From assembly GCA_045803545.1 (NCBI GenBank), contig JBJMOW010000005.1:672001-736000 (forward strand): a DNA stretch of 64,000 nucleotides, written 5' to 3'. This DNA is from Gemmatimonadaceae bacterium (lineage in GTDB: Bacteria; Gemmatimonadota; Gemmatimonadetes; Gemmatimonadales; Gemmatimonadaceae). The position numbers were made by a program, and so were the translations under genes. Below are positions 49,309-59,135 of the stretch, in pieces (position 1 is the stretch's first letter; every line of letters starts with the position of its first letter). The notes beneath the pieces were generated by a model. The model saw nothing but the letters and a program-made list of their open reading frames with translations, was not told the DNA's origin and ran no database searches.

Positions 49309-49420
49309 GCGATCTCCTATTTGTGTTCGCGTGATGCCCAATCCTGAAGTCAGAAATTGTGCCAGTCACCGACTAGGGCAAGGCACGTGACCCGAATACT
49401 CTCCGTCACCATATTTCGAT

Positions 49421-50491
49421 GTGCCAATCGTCGATCTGTACGGACACGAAGCTCTCAAGCAGCGCCTCGGCGCCAGTGCACGGGCGCACGCGCTGCCGGC
49501 GAGTTTGCTGTTTCACGGACCCCACGGCGTCGGGAAACAGCGCTTGGCGATTTGGGTCGCCCAGACAATTCTGTGTCGGGAAGCCGATGCTCCGTGTGGC
49601 AAGTGCGCGAGCTGCCGATATGCCTCCGAACTCACTCACCCGGACCTGCACTGGGTTTTTCCGCGACCCCGGCTCAAGGACTCAGACCCGGATCTCGAGC
49701 AGGTGCGGGCCGACTATGCGGAGGCGATCTTCGAGCGTGTCGCCAATTACGGTCTTTATGCACCGCCGTCCGGGTCTGAAGGCATCTACGTAGCAACGAT
49801 TCGATCGCTCGTCCAACGCGCGGTGATGGCACCAGCCGTGGGCTCGCGAAAAGTTTTCATCGTCGGTGACGCGGAGCGCATGGTGCCGCAGGAAGGGTCG
49901 GACATGGCAGCCAACGCCTTCCTAAAGTTGCTGGAGGAACCTCCGGCAGACACCACCATCATCATTACCTCGAGCGAGCCTGGTGCGTTACTGCCGACTA
50001 TTCGCTCGCGGGTCGCCGCTGTACGCGTGCCTCTGGTCACGGAGAAAGCAGTTCGGGCGTTCGTCGACGATCCCCAGGTAAAGAGATCGCTCGACAAGAT
50101 GGGAAAGGCCTCGAGCGGGGAACGTGTGCGATTCGCTGCCGGCGCTCCCGGTCGCTTGTTGGCCGGCGAGGGCAACGCCAAGGCGACGATGAACGCTCGC
50201 CGCATGGTGGAAGCTGCCACCAGCTACCGACACGAGCTGCTGGATTCGGTAGCTATGTCGCAGGGCTCGTTCGGCGCTCGTGGCAATTTCGCTGAAACGC
50301 TGGAAGCACTCGTCGAGTTGTTGGGCGAGCGGGCTCGCGACGCACTGCATCGCAACGATACCCAGGCCGCAGCGGCTGCAAGCCAGGCCGTAACTGCGGT
50401 GCTCGAGGCACAGACTTACACCGAGACCAACGTCAGCCCGCAACTGATCACGTCACGCCTCCTGCGCCGACTGGCATCGACCTTCAAATGA
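49421..50491 (+). CDS. holB: DNA polymerase III subunit delta'
   Basis: 'LLFHGPHGVGK', Zn site 'C...PCGKCASC', 'HPDLH', 'AANAFLKLLEEPP', 'LLPTIRSR'. Confidence 0.9.
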   Translation: MPIVDLYGHEALKQRLGASARAHALPASLLFHGPHGVGKQRLAIWVAQTILCREADAPCGKCASCRYASELTHPDLHWVFPRPRLKDSDPDLEQVRADYAEAIFERVANYGLYAPPSGSEGIYVATIRSLVQRAVMAPAVGSRKVFIVGDAERMVPQEGSDMAANAFLKLLEEPPADTTIIITSSEPGALLPTIRSRVAAVRVPLVTEKAVRAFVDDPQVKRSLDKMGKASSGERVRFAAGAPGRLLAGEGNAKATMNARRMVEAATSYRHELLDSVAMSQGSFGARGNFAETLEALVELLGERARDALHRNDTQAAAAASQAVTAVLEAQTYTETNVSPQLITSRLLRRLASTFK

Positions 50492-50961
50492 GCGATCTCA
50501 CCCATACCGGCGCCGATGGTCGCGCGAGAATGGTCGATGTCGGTGACAAAGAAGAAACTGAGCGCATCGCTCGCGCTGAGGGAACGATCACGATGAGCGA
50601 GGAAGCGTTGTCCGCAATCGAGCTGAACACCCTCGCGAAGGGGGATGCGGTCGCAACCGCGCGTATCGCTGGCATCATGGCGGCCAAAAAAACATCGGAG
50701 CTAATCCCGCTTTGTCACAACGTTCCGCTTACCGATGTAGGCGTCGATGTCGATGTCGAACGGAATCTGCCAGGCATGAGTGTGCGCTCCTGGGCATCTT
50801 CGCGCGGTAAAACCGGCGTGGAAATGGAGGCGCTAACCGCCGCAATGGTGGCTCTGCTTACGCTCTACGACATGGCCAAGTCGCTCGACCGAGGCATGGA
50901 GATTCACGGAGTCCGCCTTACCGCGAAGAGCGGCGGGAAAAGCGGCGACTGGAGTCGCTAG
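50488..50961 (+). CDS. moaC: Cyclic pyranopterin monophosphate synthase
   Basis: 'MVDVGDK', 'AGIMAAKKTSELIPLCH', 'TGVEMEAL', 'YDMAK', 'KSGGKSG'. Confidence 0.95.
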   Translation: MSDLTHTGADGRARMVDVGDKEETERIARAEGTITMSEEALSAIELNTLAKGDAVATARIAGIMAAKKTSELIPLCHNVPLTDVGVDVDVERNLPGMSVRSWASSRGKTGVEMEALTAAMVALLTLYDMAKSLDRGMEIHGVRLTAKSGGKSGDWSR

Positions 50962-50965
50962 CGAG

Positions 50966-51877
50966 TCAGACCGGAGGCAGGGTGAGCAGTCGATCCTCGA
51001 CTCTGGCATTTTCGCGGAACGGCTCCATGTGCACCAGCACACTGACAACGTTGGGCAGTGCCTCGAGGATCGCGTACTTCACGCGCGACGCAATTTCGTG
51101 AGCGTCCTCGAGCGACATCGCTGGATCTGCCTGGGCGTGCAGATCGACGTAGAAGCCCAATCCCGAAGCTCGCAGGTTGAGATTCTCCACGTGACGAACG
51201 CCCGGCACCCCGAGCGCGGCGCGCAATGCCATTTGCTTCACCGTCCGATCCGGGGCTTCGTCCATCAAACCGGAAATCGCGGGACGTAGCGTACGAATTC
51301 CGTTGATTGCCACCAACAGCGCCGCCACTAACGCCGCCCAATCGTCCGCCGCTGGCCAGCGCTGCCACAGCGCAATGCTGATGCCGATGAATGCGGCGAG
51401 CGAACTGACGGCGTCGGCGCGGTGATGCCACGCATCTGCGACTACGACAGTGCTGCCGACTTCCCTTCCAACGCGCGACACCCGCCGATAAAGACCCTCT
51501 TTGAGCAGAATAACCCCCGCTGCGACGAAGAGTGTCCACGGCGATGGCAGGTGGTGGGGCGTGATGATCTCGCGAACTGCCATAATCGAAATGCCGACCG
51601 CAGCGCCGAGAAGCATCAACGAAACTATTGCCGCCGCGAGGGGCTCAGCCTTGCCGTGACCGTAAGGATGATCTTCGTCGGCGGGCTTGGCGGCGATGCT
51701 CAGGCCCATCCAGACGATGATCGATGAGAAAATGTCGGCCGACGACTCCACGGCGTCGGCCACCAGTGCATTGGCATGGCCGACGATCCCCGCGATCAGC
51801 TTCACCAGAACGAGTGCCGCGTTGACCAGCAGGCCGGCCTGTGCCCAGCGAATGCTTCGGCTGGTAGCGCTGATCAC
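50966..51877 (-). CDS. Cation diffusion facilitator (FieF-like)
   Basis: 'ALVADAVESSAD', 'HPYGHGKAE', 'ADAWHHRAD', 'LVHMEP'. Confidence 0.92.
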   Translation of the reverse strand: MISATSRSIRWAQAGLLVNAALVLVKLIAGIVGHANALVADAVESSADIFSSIIVWMGLSIAAKPADEDHPYGHGKAEPLAAAIVSLMLLGAAVGISIMAVREIITPHHLPSPWTLFVAAGVILLKEGLYRRVSRVGREVGSTVVVADAWHHRADAVSSLAAFIGISIALWQRWPAADDWAALVAALLVAINGIRTLRPAISGLMDEAPDRTVKQMALRAALGVPGVRHVENLNLRASGLGFYVDLHAQADPAMSLEDAHEIASRVKYAILEALPNVVSVLVHMEPFRENARVEDRLLTLPPV

Positions 51878-51889
51878 AGCGTTCGCGCT

Positions 51890-52234
51890 TTAAAAGTCGG
51901 CCTTCTCCAGCCGCGTTGCTGCTTCATTGATGCGCGCTGCATACGCCTCCGCATCTTCACCGGGTACGCGTCGCGGGATCACGAAATCCGGATTCTCTGG
52001 CGGATCGGAAGACGGTGTATTGATGAAGAGATCACCGCCGCGAGTTACCACTGAGGCCTCGAATCGGTCGATTGCCGTGATCAGATCGTCGAGCTGCGAA
52101 CCGGTCTCCCTTCCGGTGAGTAGCACTCCTTTCTGTCGAACGCGCCCGCTCAACTCTAGTGCCGCCGAATCGCGCTCTTCGCGGCGATGCGGGTCAAGAT
52201 CTTCCTGCTGCTCCTCAAAGGATTCCTGTGTCAC
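51890..52234 (-). CDS. Hypothetical acidic protein
   Basis: SD GGAGG before GTG 52234 (MTQESFEEQQ...). Confidence 0.65.
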   Translation of the reverse strand: MTQESFEEQQEDLDPHRREERDSAALELSGRVRQKGVLLTGRETGSQLDDLITAIDRFEASVVTRGGDLFINTPSSDPPENPDFVIPRRVPGEDAEAYAARINEAATRLEKADF

Positions 52235-52331
52235 ACTTCCTCCGTCTTGCGGTTCGGGGCATTGAACTGCAAGTCTCGTGATAGCGGCGTGAAAGCTGCG
52301 ACGTTCAAAGAGATTCGTCGAGAGGAAAACA

Positions 52332-52607
52332 ATGTCCCGCGCATTCGTAAAGGAAGGTGCCGAAAGTTGGGGAGATCCGGGCAAGCGATACTCTCTTCCG
52401 CCACGGAACGATCCGTCATACGACGAAGCCGCCGCCGCAGCTTTATTGGAAGCCGCGCGAGCGGGCGACACGGGCAGCGCGGAAAGCGCTACGGGTTACT
52501 ACTGGGGAGAGCGTAAACTTCGACCCTTCGTCGAGAAAATTCTCGTCCGCGCCGAGGAAGATGGAGACGAGAGGTTGGCGCAGCTTGCGAACAGATTTCT
52601 GCGCTGA
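52332..52607 (+). CDS. Small hypothetical protein beginning MSRAFVKE
   Basis: SD GAGG; 91 aa. Confidence 0.65.
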   Translation: MSRAFVKEGAESWGDPGKRYSLPPRNDPSYDEAAAAALLEAARAGDTGSAESATGYYWGERKLRPFVEKILVRAEEDGDERLAQLANRFLR

Positions 52608-52691
52608 TCGGCTCTTTATGACGGACCGCGGTTGGTAACTGACGTAGGCGACACGAGATACTTGCCGACCCTTTATCGCCGAGATACATAG

Positions 52692-55600
52692 ATGCACCAA
52701 CCTCGGAGATCTTTTCAAGTGAGATTTCGCGCGCTTTGCGTCGCGTTCGGCATACCTGCGATACTTACATCCGTTCCCCGCATGCTCTCCGCGCAGCGCG
52801 TACCCCTCGCGCCGCAAAGCACGTTCTTCACCTACGACTCCTCCGCGTTCTCCGCGCTCAAGTGGCGGGAGATCGGTCCGTTTCGTGGTGGCCGCTCCGT
52901 CGCCGTCGCCGGCTCAGCCAAACGCCCAAACGAGTACTATTTCGGTACGACAGGCGGCGGGGTGTTCAAGACCGCCGATGGTGGAATCACTTGGGCGCCC
53001 GTCACGGATAAATATTTTGGCGGCACCGTTGGCGCGATCGGGATCAGTGAATCGAATCCGGACATCGTGTATGTCGGCGCCGGCGAATACCCGATCCGCG
53101 GCAACGTGTCGCACGGCGACGGAGTGTTCAAGTCGACCGACGGTGGCAAGACATGGATGTCGGTTGGATTGGCCGACTCGCGTCAGATCTCGCGCGTGCG
53201 CGTGCATCCAACCAATCCCGACATCGTTTATGTCGGAGCGCAGGGCCACGTGTTCGGGCCGAGCACTGAGCGCGGAGTTTACAAGACCGTCGACGGCGGC
53301 AAGACGTGGCGACGGGTGCTGTATCGCAACGATTCGACCGGAATCACCGACCTGGTTCTGGATCCGAACAATCCGGAGATCATTTACGCCGCGTTCTGGC
53401 AGGCGTGGCGCACGCCGTGGCAGCTCGTCTCGGGCGGCGCCGGCAGCGGCATCTTCAAATCCACGGACGGCGGGGAGCACTGGACAGAGCTCACCCATAA
53501 TCCGGGGCTGCCGGCAGGAGTAATCGGCAACATCGGACTCGCCGTTTCTCCATCGAACTCGAACAAGCTATGGGCAATCGTCGAAGCCGACTCAGGCGGA
53601 GTATTTCGATCCACCGACGGCGGCGCCACATGGACGCGCAGCAACAGCGACCGTCGGCTGCGGCAGCGAGCATGGTACTACACGCGCATTTTCGCCGACC
53701 CAAAGGATGAGAGCTCGATCTACGTCCTGAACACCGGCATGTACCGGTCTACGGATAACGGAAAGACATTCCGTTCCATCCAGGTGCCGCATGGCGACAA
53801 TCACGATCTCTGGATCGCGTCAAATGATCCGCAGCGGATGATCGAGGCGAATGATGGTGGCGCCAACGTCTCATTCAACGGCGGCAAATCGTGGAGCGAA
53901 CAGGACCAGGCCACTGCGCAGTTCTATCACGTCACGACGACAAACCATTTTCCTTATCGAGTCTGCGGCGCACAGCAGGACAATTCGACGCTGTGCGGAC
54001 CCAGCCGGAAGGCCGGCGGCATCGACATCAGCGACTGGTACGATGTAGGTGGCGGTGAGAGCGGCTACATCGCGGTGCGCGCCGACACACCAGATGTGGT
54101 CTTTGCCGGATCGTACGGCGGATTGCTGACACGCAAGGACATCAACACCGGTTTTGAGCGCGACGTCAATCCGTGGCCGAACAATCCGATGGGACACGAC
54201 GCGGCCGACGCAAAGTATCGCTTTCAGTGGACCTTCCCGATCGTGATGTCTCCCCACAATCCGAGTCGGATGTACGTCGGCAGCAGTGTCATTTTTCAGA
54301 CTGACGATGAAGGCCAGACGTTCAAGGCGATCAGTCCCGACCTCACTCGTCACGACCCCCGCACACTCGGCGCATCGGGCGGGCCTATCACGAAGGATCA
54401 GACTTCGGTCGAATATTACGCGACGGTGTTCACTATCGCCGAGTCGCCGCGCACTGCGGGCGTGATTTGGGCAGGATCCGACGACGGGTTGGTGAATGTC
54501 ACGCGAGACGGAGGCAAGACCTGGAAGAACGTGACTCCGGCCGGGCTACCCGAATGGGCCCGCATTTCGATGATCGAGCCGTCACACTTCGCGACCGGCA
54601 CCGCATACCTTGCCGCAAATCGCTATCAGCGCGACGACATGAAGCCTTATTTGTACCGCACCAATGACTACGGGGCGACCTGGACTCCGATAACGAATGG
54701 AATCCCAGTCGCGGAATTCACTCGTGTGCTGCGCGAGGATCCGGAAAGAGCGGGACTGCTATATGCGGGAACCGAGCGCGGTGTGTGGATTTCCTTCAAC
54801 GACGGCGCAAGCTGGCAATCTCTGCGACGGAATCTTCCATTAGTTCCGGTTCATGATCTTGCGGTGAAGGAAGGCGATCTGATCGCGGCCACCCATGGTC
54901 GCTCCTTCTGGATTCTCGACGACCTGTCGGCGTTGCGTCAGTTGCATCCGGAGACGCTTCGCACGACGGCAACGCTGTTCAAGCCACGTCAGGTGTATCG
55001 CGCGAACTTTAACGGTGGCGGTGGCACCGGTGCCGCCGGCGGTCATCCGACGGGCGCCAATCCGGCCAACGGCGCGGTGATCTACTACTGGCTGGCCAAG
55101 CCGCGTCAGGTTGTGACCATGGATTTTCTCGATTCACGGGGCAAAGTGATTCGCACCTTCACCAGCAATCAGGACCCACGACAAGCCGCCGATTCAGTGC
55201 GCGCCGACAGCGTTCGAACCGCTCGCAACGACAGCTTGCGTCGCGCTGGCCTTCCGCCGGACACCGCGGAAAGATCCGAAGCGCGCGGCGAGGAAACGCC
55301 GCCCGACGAGGGTCCGATTCGTCGCCCGCCGCCACCACGGGTGTCCAATAAAGCGGGACTCAACATGTTCGCGTGGAATCTCCGCTATCCGGATGCATCC
55401 GTCTTCGACAACATGATTATGTGGGCTGGCAGTGTGAGCGGACCGGCCGTCTTGCCCGGCGCATACGCAGTGCGATTGAACGTGGGCGGACAGAGCTACA
55501 CTCAGCCGCTCGTTGTGGTCAAGGATCCGCGCACCACCGCGACCGAAGCCGATCTGAAAGAACAATTTGATCTGCTGACTCGTATTCGGGACAAGACCAG

Positions 55601-56066
55601 CGAGGCCAACGACGCAGTGAGGACAATCCGCAACGTCAAGGCGCAGTTCGCCGACCGGTCGCAGAAGATCACGGGCCCGGGTGCTGCCGCATTCAGGCAG
55701 CTGGCAACGGAACTCACGAACAAACTGTCGACGATTGAGAGCGAGATTTACCAGGTGAAAAATCAGTCGAGTCAGGATCCACTCAATTATCCGATCAAAC
55801 TGAACAACAAGATCGCCGCGCTGGCCGGAGTCGTTGGTGGTACTGATGCGAAACCGACGAGCCAGTCGTACACCGTGTTCAACGATCTATCGACTCAGCT
55901 CGATCGTCGCCTCTCGGCAATGCGAGGTGCCCTGTTAATCCTGCCGTCGGTCAACGCGACGCTCAAAGCGGCTGGCTTGGCGCCGATCGTTCCAAGCACC
56001 GAGGAGCTCAAGTCCGCTGGCGTGCCCGGCGCATCGACAGTGCAATTGGAGAACGACGATCAGTAA
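52692..56066 (+). CDS. Secreted BNR/Asp-box repeat (VPS10/sortilin-like) glycosyl-hydrolase-like protein
   Basis: 'WREIGPFRGGRS'; many S/T-x-D-G-G-x-T/S-W Asp-boxes; helical C-terminus; true start may be slightly downstream. Confidence 0.88.
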   Translation: MHQPRRSFQVRFRALCVAFGIPAILTSVPRMLSAQRVPLAPQSTFFTYDSSAFSALKWREIGPFRGGRSVAVAGSAKRPNEYYFGTTGGGVFKTADGGITWAPVTDKYFGGTVGAIGISESNPDIVYVGAGEYPIRGNVSHGDGVFKSTDGGKTWMSVGLADSRQISRVRVHPTNPDIVYVGAQGHVFGPSTERGVYKTVDGGKTWRRVLYRNDSTGITDLVLDPNNPEIIYAAFWQAWRTPWQLVSGGAGSGIFKSTDGGEHWTELTHNPGLPAGVIGNIGLAVSPSNSNKLWAIVEADSGGVFRSTDGGATWTRSNSDRRLRQRAWYYTRIFADPKDESSIYVLNTGMYRSTDNGKTFRSIQVPHGDNHDLWIASNDPQRMIEANDGGANVSFNGGKSWSEQDQATAQFYHVTTTNHFPYRVCGAQQDNSTLCGPSRKAGGIDISDWYDVGGGESGYIAVRADTPDVVFAGSYGGLLTRKDINTGFERDVNPWPNNPMGHDAADAKYRFQWTFPIVMSPHNPSRMYVGSSVIFQTDDEGQTFKAISPDLTRHDPRTLGASGGPITKDQTSVEYYATVFTIAESPRTAGVIWAGSDDGLVNVTRDGGKTWKNVTPAGLPEWARISMIEPSHFATGTAYLAANRYQRDDMKPYLYRTNDYGATWTPITNGIPVAEFTRVLREDPERAGLLYAGTERGVWISFNDGASWQSLRRNLPLVPVHDLAVKEGDLIAATHGRSFWILDDLSALRQLHPETLRTTATLFKPRQVYRANFNGGGGTGAAGGHPTGANPANGAVIYYWLAKPRQVVTMDFLDSRGKVIRTFTSNQDPRQAADSVRADSVRTARNDSLRRAGLPPDTAERSEARGEETPPDEGPIRRPPPPRVSNKAGLNMFAWNLRYPDASVFDNMIMWAGSVSGPAVLPGAYAVRLNVGGQSYTQPLVVVKDPRTTATEADLKEQFDLLTRIRDKTSEANDAVRTIRNVKAQFADRSQKITGPGAAAFRQLATELTNKLSTIESEIYQVKNQSSQDPLNYPIKLNNKIAALAGVVGGTDAKPTSQSYTVFNDLSTQLDRRLSAMRGALLILPSVNATLKAAGLAPIVPSTEELKSAGVPGASTVQLENDDQ

Positions 56067-56742
56067 TCACCACGCACGTCTCGTCTTACTCGCCCTCGCG
56101 ACCGCCGCTGTTGTTACGAGCGGAGCCTGCGGGAACGAGGAGGACGCATCTCGTACGCGGATCCGCGTGCTCGACTCCACCTACACGAACTCGTGGGCAC
56201 CGATGCAGGACACAGGTACCGTGTACCGGATCGAAGTCGTGTCGCCGTTCGGTGCGGACACCGTTCGTGATGTGATTCCGCCGGCGCCCGTCGTTGTCGG
56301 TGACACGCTCGTCCTCGGCCTTGTACAGGTGTCGGAAGATTCGTCGACGCCACAGCGGCAGATTTTCCGACTCAGGCTCGGCAAACACAGTGTCGAGACT
56401 CAGCCGATTCCCGAGGATGTGTGGCCCTCCTACCAGGACGTATTGATCTCACCCGACGGACGATACATCGCGTACGTCGGCGAAGACACGACACCATCAA
56501 ATCCGGGGATGTACGGGATCGTGCGGGAGCTGAAGACGGGCGCGATCGTAGTACGGGGGCCGGGGGGTGGCGGATGTGATTGCGATGAGGACTTCAATCA
56601 CGCGCGCTGGTTTCCACCCGATAGCTTCGAGATCGCAGTTGCCCATAGCAACAGCAGCGGAAACTGGCAGCGACTCTCGGGCAAAGCCTCAGCGAGTCGG
56701 CTTCATGTTGACACTCTTACCGACGAACCCGATTGGCACTGA
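56059..56742 (+). CDS. Hypothetical lipoprotein, probable non-canonical ATC start
   Basis: ORF track starts at GTG 56167, but the frame is open upstream and encodes ISNHHARLVLLALATAAVVTSGAC; GGAGA lies 6 nt before ATC 56059; contains 'ISPDGRYIAY'. Confidence 0.6.
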   Translation: MSNHHARLVLLALATAAVVTSGACGNEEDASRTRIRVLDSTYTNSWAPMQDTGTVYRIEVVSPFGADTVRDVIPPAPVVVGDTLVLGLVQVSEDSSTPQRQIFRLRLGKHSVETQPIPEDVWPSYQDVLISPDGRYIAYVGEDTTPSNPGMYGIVRELKTGAIVVRGPGGGGCDCDEDFNHARWFPPDSFEIAVAHSNSSGNWQRLSGKASASRLHVDTLTDEPDWH

Positions 56743-57248
56743 GCACCGATCCAAAGCGCGGCTTCTTGCGCCACACGCTTGCCACCGTCGCGTACCGGGC
56801 CGCCAAGGTGGAACGCTTTGCACCGCCTGGCTTCGGAGACTTTCAGCTCGGGAAGGCCGCGCGCACACCGGTAGAGATCATCGCTCACATGGCGGATTTA
56901 TTCGACTGGGGACTGCGACTGGCGAAGGGTAACCCGGATTGGGTGCAGTCGAAACCGCAGTCGTGGCGGAAAGAAGTCGCGCGCTTTCACGCGTCATTGC
57001 TCGCACTCGATCAGTACCTTGCGTCCGATACTCCTCTCTCAGTCACCGCGGAGGAATTATTTCAGGGACCGATCTCGGATGCGCTGACCCACATCGGCCA
57101 GGTTGCGGTGCTACGTCGCCAGGCTGGCGCGCCCGTGCGTTCGGAGGTCTACGCGAAAGCCAAGATCGCCGCCGGGCGGGTTGGGGAGGAACAACCCAAG
57201 AATCCGCTGGAGTTCGACAGCCCGCCAGCAGAACCGGCAATAACGTAA
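56733..57248 (+). CDS. DinB-superfamily protein
   Basis: 'RTPVEIIAHMADL', 'DALTHIGQVAVLRRQAG'. Confidence 0.72.
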   Translation: MALSTDPKRGFLRHTLATVAYRAAKVERFAPPGFGDFQLGKAARTPVEIIAHMADLFDWGLRLAKGNPDWVQSKPQSWRKEVARFHASLLALDQYLASDTPLSVTAEELFQGPISDALTHIGQVAVLRRQAGAPVRSEVYAKAKIAAGRVGEEQPKNPLEFDSPPAEPAIT

Positions 57249-57294
57249 TCGCCGCCTGAACGAGCGCGACCGGTGCTAGATTTGCGGCCGCAGG

Positions 57295-57321
57295 TGTAAC
57301 CCGAATGCGCTCTGATTCGTA
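57295..57321 (+). promoter_or_regulatory. Putative ECF-sigma promoter
   Basis: TGTAAC-17 nt-CGTA, 8 nt before ATG 57330. Confidence 0.5.
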
Positions 57322-57329
57322 GGACTCAT

Positions 57330-58016
57330 ATGCAGAATCCACCCGCAGCAGCCGCTACACCACAGACGCCTCAGCCAGCTCCCGCACCGGAGCCAGCAAC
57401 GGAGGTTCAAGGTCCGTTCGCAGTGGTGGCGGGCCCCCAAGGCCCTCAAACGTTCTCGCTCCTTGGACCGAAAACCCAACGTGAAATCGATGTCCTGAAG
57501 GCGCGTCGCTCGGAGCTATCGAATCAACTGGAGTCGGTCGACTCACGGCGCTCGAGTCTAATGAAGCAACTCAGGACGACCGGTGATCCCGTCGCGGTGA
57601 AAGGACTCGAAGCGCGTCTCGCGCTGCTCGATGCGCGCCAGCTACAGCTCGAGTCGGATCTACAGCAAACCGGCCAACTGCTGTCGAGCACGGCCGCAGG
57701 ACAGGTGGCGTCGACTTCAGACGCACCTCGCATGGGAAGCTTCACCACCAATCAAACGATGGCGTTGTCCGTGCTGGGAATCATCTTCATCGGATTCCCG
57801 CTAGCGATCGGAGTAGCCAAGTCGATGTGGCGCCGTTCGATCAAGCCTGGAGTCGCACCACAAGCACTCACCGAGACCGCGCAGCGCTTGGAGCGCCTCG
57901 AATCATCGGTTGACGCCATTGCGATCGAGATCGAGCGAATCTCCGAGGGCCAGCGCTTCGTGACAAAACTGCTGTCGGATTCGCAGGCAGCGCCGGCGCT
58001 TGGCGCAGCGAAATAA
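57330..58016 (+). CDS. Hypothetical coiled-coil, single-TM protein
   Basis: Pro-rich N-terminus, long heptad region, TM 'ALSVLGIIFIGFPLAIGVA', C-terminal 'LERLESSVDAIAIEIERISEGQRFVTKLL'. Confidence 0.75.
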   Translation: MQNPPAAAATPQTPQPAPAPEPATEVQGPFAVVAGPQGPQTFSLLGPKTQREIDVLKARRSELSNQLESVDSRRSSLMKQLRTTGDPVAVKGLEARLALLDARQLQLESDLQQTGQLLSSTAAGQVASTSDAPRMGSFTTNQTMALSVLGIIFIGFPLAIGVAKSMWRRSIKPGVAPQALTETAQRLERLESSVDAIAIEIERISEGQRFVTKLLSDSQAAPALGAAK

Positions 58017-58020
58017 ACGT

Positions 58021-58179
58021 TGCGGATGAGCGCTAATAGGTTGGTCCGAACCGCGAGCTAATGCGAAAATGCGAGCTGGTTGCGAGGATAGGGACTCGCA
58101 CTCGTCTCGCAACTCGCAACTAGCCCGCATCTCGCAACTAGCCCGCAACTCGCACCAATCCGTTAGCCCTCCTCCCGCA
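58021..58179. repeat. Intergenic inverted-repeat element built of CTCGCAA-type units
   Basis: Tandem 18-mers CTCGCAACTAGCCCGCAW (58113-58148), inverted copy at 58069-58086, outer imperfect IR 58021-58045/58154-58179. Confidence 0.8.
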
Positions 58180-58184
58180 GCCCC

Positions 58185-59135
58185 TCAGACGGCTGCGGGT
58201 CCACTGTTCTTAGGGTCCTCTCCACTCAAAGTCTGTTGCCTGAGTGCCGCGGCGCCCATCAATCCACCGAGTCCCATGGACTCGACGGCAGTGCTCGGCA
58301 CCAGCATTAGCGCGCCTTTCTCCTTCAGTCCTTCGTAGAGGATGTTCATCGCGCGCAGGTGAAGCGCGGTTGGATTGTTCTGGTAGGACTTGGCCGCCTC
58401 GTGAAACAAGTTGGCGATCTCCACTTCGGCCTGACCGAGAATGATACGCGCCGATTTCTCGCGAGAAGCCTGCGCCTCGCGGGACATCGCATCCTGCAAT
58501 GACGATGGAATCACGACATCACGCATCTCCACCGATTGCACCGTCACCCCCCACGGATTAGACCGCTGATCGATCAGGCTTTGCAGCTCGGACTCGATCC
58601 GCTCCCTTCCCCGCAACAGCTCGGTGAGTGAGGTACGACCGATGATGTCGCGCAGCCCGGTCTGGGCCGCCCAGCTCACAGCTTGGGAGTAATCCTGGAC
58701 TTCCAGTGCAGCCTTCTCGGAGTCATGCACCATCCAGAAGAGCACGGCGTCGACGTTGACAGGCACAGTATCCGAAGTCAGAGTCTCTTCAGCTGCAAAA
58801 CTCGTCGTCACGACACGCTGGTCGATGTACAGCGAAACCGATTCGATGAACGGCGTAATCCAGAACAGGCCCGGTCCGCGCAATCCAGTGTAGCGACCGA
58901 GCCGCAACACCACTGCCCGCTCCCATTGTTTGGCGATCTTGGGCGATTGTGCGAGCACGACACCGGCGACCGTCCAGATCAAAAGCCAGCCTGGATTCTG
59001 GGCGGCTGCCGTCATCACCAGCCCAATGACAATCGCGACGAGCAGTATGAAAACGGAAACAACGTTGACACGCCCTTGCGACCGTGAAGCCCGCGCGGCG
59101 CGGCGTGCTGCGAGAACTTCGTCCATGCCTGGCAT
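58185..59135 (-). CDS. SPFH/stomatin (slipin) family membrane protein
   Basis: 'QWERAVVLRLG', 'GPGLFWI', 'AAQTGLRDIIG', 'WGVTVQSVEMRDV', 'AMSREAQA'. Confidence 0.92.
   Translation of the reverse strand: MPGMDEVLAARRAARASRSQGRVNVVSVFILLVAIVIGLVMTAAAQNPGWLLIWTVAGVVLAQSPKIAKQWERAVVLRLGRYTGLRGPGLFWITPFIESVSLYIDQRVVTTSFAAEETLTSDTVPVNVDAVLFWMVHDSEKAALEVQDYSQAVSWAAQTGLRDIIGRTSLTELLRGRERIESELQSLIDQRSNPWGVTVQSVEMRDVVIPSSLQDAMSREAQASREKSARIILGQAEVEIANLFHEAAKSYQNNPTALHLRAMNILYEGLKEKGALMLVPSTAVESMGLGGLMGAAALRQQTLSGEDPKNSGPAAV

Noticed and set aside
49355..49370. Sigma-54-like TGGCAC upstream of pfpI
   Set aside because: The -12 position reads CTGA rather than TTGC, so the conserved GC is missing
58069..58154. 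Possible CRISPR array
   Set aside because: Units are 7-18 nt, adjacent without unique spacers, and no cas genes are present
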